DNA from: a virus
Virus record (IMG/VR): IMGVR_UViG_3300046004_000518
Location: 32,001-96,000 of that record
Direction: 5' to 3' (one strand)
DNA length: 64,000 nucleotides
Shown one piece after another: positions 59,273-64,000 of this stretch. Made by a program: the position numbers and the translations under genes. A model generated the notes under the pieces. That model was not told where the DNA came from. It searched no databases and saw only the letters and a list, made by a program, of their open reading frames with translations. Position 1 is the stretch's first letter. Each line of letters begins with the position of its first letter.

Positions 59273-59892
59273 TAACGTTTCGTAATAACTTCGTCGGCTA
59301 AACCGTAGGCCACTGCTTCATCTGCTGACAAGAATGTATCAAACTTCATTGCTTCATATAGTTCGTCGTACGTTTTACCAGCAGTATTGTGACGTGCATA
59401 TAACTCTGTTAGACGTTTGTTAATGCGCACACTTTCTTCAAAGCTACGTTTAGCATCTTCAAATTGTAGGTCTTGTACGTGTACACTACCACGGGTGCCC
59501 GGAGTACCTGAACTAACACGGTGAATCATTGTACGTGCTTCTGGTAGGACAATACGCTTGCCTGGCGCACCTGCTTGCGCTAGGAAGCTACCCATTGAGC
59601 AGGCTTGACCAAGTACAATAGTTGATACATCACATTTGATAAACTGCATTGTATCATAAATTGCTAGGCCAGCAGTAACACTGCCACCTGGACTATTGAT
59701 GTAGAACAAGATATCTTTCTCTGGGCTTTCGCTTTCTAAGAACAGCATCTGTGCCACGATTAAACTAGCAGTATGCTCGTTAACATCAGTGTCCAACATG
59801 ATGATACGATCTTTAAGTAAACGACTATAAATGTCATAGCTACGTTCGCCTTGACTTGTACGTTCTACTACCATTGGGACTAAAGTTGACAT
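59272..59892 (-). CDS. clpP: ATP-dependent Clp protease proteolytic subunit
   Basis: [38 protein letters not shown] (Ser), MIH (His). Confidence 0.95.
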   Translation of the reverse strand: MSTLVPMVVERTSQGERSYDIYSRLLKDRIIMLDTDVNEHTASLIVAQMLFLESESPEKDILFYINSPGGSVTAGLAIYDTMQFIKCDVSTIVLGQACSMGSFLAQAGAPGKRIVLPEARTMIHRVSSGTPGTRGSVHVQDLQFEDAKRSFEESVRINKRLTELYARHNTAGKTYDELYEAMKFDTFLSADEAVAYGLADEVITKR

Positions 59893-59900
59893 GTGATTCC

Positions 59901-60770
59901 TTATATTAAAGTTACTGATTTGACATATTGTCTAGTGGTTAATTGTTCCATTACATCTGTTGCGTTAACTAAATCTGCCAAGGGTATTGCACCGATATTT
60001 AAATACGGATGGCCCCAAGGCAAGTTACGCTGTTCAAAAAACTTATTATGTGTATCATAGTATTGTTTTATTATAACAGATTGTTCTGTTACTTGTCTAT
60101 GATCTGTTGAATAAAATTTAACATTGAAATCTGCACTATAATGTCTAAATGGTTGGAATGCCTCATCTGCAATATATGTATCATTGTCTACTGCTAGATT
60201 ATCTAGAGTCTTGCCAATTTCCGCATAGTTCAAATACACTGTACCAAACTTTATAGCAGGTTCGAACAATGCGTAATCTTCTACAGCCAGTGTTTCTGTT
60301 TTAGGCAAACCGTAATAGGTCACTACGTGCCTAGGTTGTGCACCTCGATTAACACTTTCGCACCGATGAACAAGTAAGTTTAAATCTGCTAATGCTAGCC
60401 TAACTTCTGGCGATGCTGTCTGCCATACTGGATGTGTCTGCTGATCTAGTAACCCGTGATATACTTCAAAAATATGATGTAGATAATTTAATGTATCTTG
60501 ATCAGCAACGTCAGTTAGTTGTCGATTAATGATTTGTTCATGAGAATTGATAAGCGCAATACATTGTTGCATACGGTGCAATGCATCTGCTGTTTGTTCT
60601 TCTATAGAGCCAAATCCATAAAATCTATCAGGAGCATCAATTGGATATTGCGTCTGAGCTAGCAGTAGTCTTTCAATCCATTTTTTAGTTACTGCATGGT
60701 TTCTTAATTTAAAATGTAAAGTTACCGAATCGGAAAGATCTGCCGGATTAGCATATTCAATCGCTAACAT
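59901..60770 (-). CDS. Hypothetical protein
   Basis: 289 aa; [11 protein letters not shown]-x-x-VHRCE, YLNYAEIGK (possible metal ligands). Confidence 0.7.
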   Translation of the reverse strand: MLAIEYANPADLSDSVTLHFKLRNHAVTKKWIERLLLAQTQYPIDAPDRFYGFGSIEEQTADALHRMQQCIALINSHEQIINRQLTDVADQDTLNYLHHIFEVYHGLLDQQTHPVWQTASPEVRLALADLNLLVHRCESVNRGAQPRHVVTYYGLPKTETLAVEDYALFEPAIKFGTVYLNYAEIGKTLDNLAVDNDTYIADEAFQPFRHYSADFNVKFYSTDHRQVTEQSVIIKQYYDTHNKFFEQRNLPWGHPYLNIGAIPLADLVNATDVMEQLTTRQYVKSVTLI

Positions 60771-61030
60771 TAATGTCGTTCTGCACGTTCTTTACAAAAA
60801 ATGCAGAGTCTAACACCGGGTATGGCAAGCTGTCTTGCTCGTGGTATTTCATCGCCACATTCTTCGCAATGTTCAAGACTTGGTTGAGCGGCCTGTTTGG
60901 CTAGCTCACGTTGTACTGCGGCAATATGATTCATGTTATTATGAATAGCATGAAGCTGACCCATTTCTGCTTCTTCTTCGTTATTATATTGAAATTCATC
61001 AGTAACCATTTGTTGTTTCCTTATTCTCAA
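60770..61030 (-). CDS. TraR/DksA C4 zinc-finger protein (start may be MVTDE)
   Basis: CEECGDEIP-x-AR-x-LAIPGVRLCIFCKE. Confidence 0.88.
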   Translation of the reverse strand: MRIRKQQMVTDEFQYNNEEEAEMGQLHAIHNNMNHIAAVQRELAKQAAQPSLEHCEECGDEIPRARQLAIPGVRLCIFCKERAERH

Positions 61031-61037
61031 GTAACAT

Positions 61038-61066
61038 ATTATAGACTATTTAACCACTTTTGTCAA
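61038..61066 (-). promoter_or_regulatory. sigma70 promoter
   Basis: TTGACA-17-TATAAT. Confidence 0.85.
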
Positions 61067-61290
61067 GCAAAATATAATTTAAGTAAACCAGCAAGGCAAA
61101 CTAGTATACCTGCGGCGTTGACTATCATCTGTGGTTTGTTAGCCACACGAAAACTCCAGGCAAAATAAAACAATCCACCAAAGCAACCCAGGATAATATT
61201 AACAGGGTATAGCTCAGGATAAAAGCTCATGATCACATACATAGTGATCAGGCAACTTGTTCCTAACCATTGTAGCGTGTGATTAATCAA
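61063..61290 (-). CDS. Small membrane protein (similar layout to 17050-17280)
   Basis: Three hydrophobic segments, W...YP-x-N...N motif. Confidence 0.65.
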   Translation of the reverse strand: MINHTLQWLGTSCLITMYVIMSFYPELYPVNIILGCFGGLFYFAWSFRVANKPQMIVNAAGILVCLAGLLKLYFA

Positions 61291-61469
61291 GCCAATGCCC
61301 CATCTTCAACAAATTCTAATTCCATCAATGCTTCTTCAACGGAGTCAAAGCCACAGACATCGTAGCCTGTGCGATAGTGCTTAACATAGTAAGGACCATT
61401 GCCTGGACTTGCGTTTGTATCAATACCAACTTCACCAATACCTTTAATTTGTTTAATTATTTTATCCAT
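61287..61469 (-). CDS. Hypothetical; likely start MDKII
   Basis: AGGAGAA RBS. Confidence 0.6.
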   Translation of the reverse strand: MDKIIKQIKGIGEVGIDTNASPGNGPYYVKHYRTGYDVCGFDSVEEALMELEFVEDGALA

Positions 61470-61479
61470 GCTATTCTCC

Positions 61480-61908
61480 TTACCAACTTGAATTATAAAA
61501 TACACGTAAGCCTAAGAACAGTTGACTACGTGCTTCTTGAATAAACTTTAAGTCATCCCCACGATAGTAATCATCTGCCGGATCACCAAAGAAGAAACCA
61601 CTTGTACCAGGTAGTGCGCCTTGATTGATATCTTCCTCTAACATATCGATATCTTCCCAGGTCAGTTCAAGTTCAATACCGTTGAATGTTTCTTCGTCAT
61701 CGCTGTCACGTGGACTGCCTTTACTCCGCCAAAGTTCTTCCATCCAACCATGCAAGTTGGGGTGCTTGCGCCAATAGGCAATTTCAATTGGTTTGGTTAC
61801 TTTAGCATTAACGTAGTCACCAGTTTCTGGATCAAACTCACCATCATGCCAAAACTCTTTTTGTTGCCCTTCTCTGGCGGCGGCATACGCATACATGTCT
61901 AAGCCCAT
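61480..61908 (-). CDS. Conserved phage hypothetical protein
   Basis: MGLDMY...EIAYWRKHPNLHGWM...GFFFG...YNSSW. Confidence 0.8.
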   Translation of the reverse strand: MGLDMYAYAAAREGQQKEFWHDGEFDPETGDYVNAKVTKPIEIAYWRKHPNLHGWMEELWRSKGSPRDSDDEETFNGIELELTWEDIDMLEEDINQGALPGTSGFFFGDPADDYYRGDDLKFIQEARSQLFLGLRVFYNSSW

Positions 61909-62189
61909 TAAGCAGCCTTCCTTTCGTCTTTCATCATGTTAAACATAATATATTTGGCAACATTCATATATTGACGAGCACGGTTAGCAGTTTCTGGACT
62001 TACCCACCCATCTTTATTAAACTCTGGATCCATAATCTGTTGCGCATCACTTAACATACCAGCGGCAAACATCAATTCTGTACCTGGAAAAGCCTGTGTT
62101 TCTACTAGGTGCTTAACAGAAGCTTCTGACATACCGTAGCATTGAATTTCCCAATCTAAATCAGCTTGTGTTTTAATTGAAGTTGTCAT
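61908..62189 (-). CDS. Hypothetical early protein
   Basis: 93 aa, promoter upstream. Confidence 0.7.
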   Translation of the reverse strand: MTTSIKTQADLDWEIQCYGMSEASVKHLVETQAFPGTELMFAAGMLSDAQQIMDPEFNKDGWVSPETANRARQYMNVAKYIMFNMMKDERKAA

Positions 62190-62221
62190 ATTTTGCTCCG
62201 TTTTGTTATTGTATGTGTAAC

Positions 62222-62250
62222 ATTATACAGTCATTTTACCAAAATGTCAA
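62222..62250 (-). promoter_or_regulatory. sigma70 promoter
   Basis: TTGACA-17-TATAAT. Confidence 0.88.
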
Positions 62251-62258
62251 CCAAAATC

Positions 62259-62543
62259 TTAAAGACTCCAATATGTTTCTGAGCTAACATCACAACTTAG
62301 CGGAGTGTTAACACTTTGACGAACAGGTTTACCTGACATTAAGTTGGTAACCGTTTCATATTTTTCAATGTTAGTTCGGAAGTCGCCAAGTTCTGCCACA
62401 GCAAAATCTTCTTTACGATAGCCCATTTTAACCATACGGGTTAAGAACGCTTTAGCGGCAGCTTCTGTAGCATAGTATTCTTTGCCATATGCTTTAGCTC
62501 GTATTGTTTTAGTAGTTTCTTTGTTGTAGACTATGTATGTCAT
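62259..62543 (-). CDS. Hypothetical early protein
   Basis: C-terminal NLMSGK...NTP-x-x-CDVSSETYWS motif. Confidence 0.75.
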   Translation of the reverse strand: MTYIVYNKETTKTIRAKAYGKEYYATEAAAKAFLTRMVKMGYRKEDFAVAELGDFRTNIEKYETVTNLMSGKPVRQSVNTPLSCDVSSETYWSL

Positions 62544-62575
62544 TTGTTCTTCCTTGTTAACAGTTTATGTATAGC

Positions 62576-62604
62576 ATTATACAGTCAATTTACCAAAATG
62601 TCAA
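62576..62604 (-). promoter_or_regulatory. sigma70 promoter (28/29 identical to 62222-62250)
   Basis: TTGACA-17-TATAAT. Confidence 0.88.
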
Positions 62605-62626
62605 TCGAAATAAATGTAAATACAAT

Positions 62627-63700
62627 ATGACTAATTCAATACACGTATACGTTGACTCCGACGTTAGCGAATATAATCTAAGAATGCTCAATGAATCACA
62701 AATTATAATCTATAGAAATGTAGAAGAATTTAAATCATTGCCTGCTGGTACTAATAGACATGCATTGTTTCATGCTTGTTTTCCGTATTATTCGGATGCA
62801 GAAAATGCATTCGACGGAGTTATATTACAACTGCTGGATTTCTGTCAGACAATATCAGTTCTTGTATCTGAAGTGCATATACCGATTGTTGATTTTATGA
62901 ATCGCTTTCAACAACCACAGATGCGATATCTTATATGTGGATTTGTTGAAGGAATTACCACATATCCTTGGATGGATTGGTTTCAAACTACTAGTGCGTT
63001 TTATAAAAATAATACAAACATATTAGATCAATTACACCCGTATGATGTTAAACCTAAACACTTTGATATATTATTAGGACAGCCCAAACCTCACAGAGAT
63101 CGAATTTATCATTATATAAAAAATAACAATCTTAAAGACAAAGTAACAATGACCTATCTAGTAGATCATTGGAGTAAATCAATTCGAGCTCATGGCACTG
63201 ATGGTTTTATATTAGACGAGCCCGGATTAATAATTCCGAACGAAGAATTCAATTGGACTGTTACCCGAGTAAGCTACTATGGTCGGCCAATGAGTTTAAG
63301 TCAGGTTGTACCAATTTCTATATACAATCAAACTGCATACACTGTGATTGCTGAAACTAATCTTGAAAATCATTATACGTTTTTTACTGAAAAAACATGT
63401 AAACCAATTCTGGCAGAACGATTGTTTATAATGTTAGGCGGGCAATATTATCTACGCAATCTACGAGAACTCGGATTTAAAACATTTGATGGTATCATAG
63501 ATGAAAGTTATGATTTGGAGCCAGATAATAATCAACGATGGGCCATGGCAATAGAACAAATGAAATATCTCTTTAACCAACCACAAGCCGAAGTATTGGC
63601 CAAGGTTAAGCCTGTTGCCCAACACAATAAACAGGTTATGTTAACAACTGAGTGGGTAGATATTATGCGTGGCAATCTAAGAAAAATTATCACCAAGTAA
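62627..63700 (+). CDS. Hypothetical, possibly glycosyltransferase-related; likely start MTNSI at 62627
   Basis: IAET, FFTEKTCKP, LRELGFKTF-x-x-x-IDESYD motifs; TAAATA 4 nt before ATG. Confidence 0.6.
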   Translation: MTNSIHVYVDSDVSEYNLRMLNESQIIIYRNVEEFKSLPAGTNRHALFHACFPYYSDAENAFDGVILQLLDFCQTISVLVSEVHIPIVDFMNRFQQPQMRYLICGFVEGITTYPWMDWFQTTSAFYKNNTNILDQLHPYDVKPKHFDILLGQPKPHRDRIYHYIKNNNLKDKVTMTYLVDHWSKSIRAHGTDGFILDEPGLIIPNEEFNWTVTRVSYYGRPMSLSQVVPISIYNQTAYTVIAETNLENHYTFFTEKTCKPILAERLFIMLGGQYYLRNLRELGFKTFDGIIDESYDLEPDNNQRWAMAIEQMKYLFNQPQAEVLAKVKPVAQHNKQVMLTTEWVDIMRGNLRKIITK

Positions 63701-63733
63701 ATTAAGTGTAAATAATATTACAAGGAGAACTAC

Positions 63734-64000
63734 ATGATTAATTTTATCAAACAACTTTTTGGCTTTGGCGCACCGCAAGAAACTGTTAAAGAAATTTTAA
63801 CACCACCAGCTAAAGCTGAAGTACCAGCTGCTGTTTACATTCCACCAGCTAAACCAACAAGACAACGTGCAGGCACAGTAGCAGACATTAAATTAGCACC
63901 ATTACCAGCTAAAACAACTGCACCAGCTAAGAAACGTAAACCATATTATGGTAAAAAGAAATCTGCTGCAAAGACAAAAACGCCAGTGGCAGTTAAGTAA
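63734..64000 (+). CDS. Small Lys/Pro/Ala-rich basic protein
   Basis: AGGAGAA RBS, MINFIKQLFG then PAK repeats; stop at window end. Confidence 0.7.
   Translation: MINFIKQLFGFGAPQETVKEILTPPAKAEVPAAVYIPPAKPTRQRAGTVADIKLAPLPAKTTAPAKKRKPYYGKKKSAAKTKTPVAVK

Overview
This 64 kb window looks like part of a large (jumbo/huge-phage-like), AT-rich dsDNA myovirus genome. It uses the standard genetic code, with densely packed genes mostly on the minus strand. From left to right: head/virion proteins carrying T4-type protease cleavage motifs; a cytidyltransferase-like gene and a glycosyltransferase; ClpA and DnaJ; a full lysis cassette (GH19 endolysin, spanins, extra lipoprotein, GTA-type holin); an accessory enzyme cluster (three P-loop/sulfotransferase-like proteins, GATase, ferritin-like di-iron protein, methyltransferase); PhoH, a HAD nucleotidase, a freestanding HNH endonuclease, clamp loader, a divergent GroES, a DnaE fragment and MazG; baseplate/tail-fibre genes; ErpA and IF-1; small early genes behind near-consensus sigma70 promoters; DNA ligase; more tail-fibre genes; groES-groEL; a ParB/DGQHR-like plus GIY-YIG-like pair; tmRNA; CspA; radical SAM; ClpP; TraR/DksA. 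The host-like genes look proteobacterial, possibly betaproteobacterial (inference). Two signals missed by the ORF track stand out. (1) A circularly permuted, two-piece tmRNA gene with an atypical 29-codon tag lies in a genome that also encodes its own ClpA, ClpP, chaperones and IF-1. (2) A GGGAAAG slippery site plus a predicted H-type pseudoknot at the holin stop codon would give a -1 frameshifted holin with a 78-residue acidic tail. All product calls come from motif recognition by eye; no searches were run.
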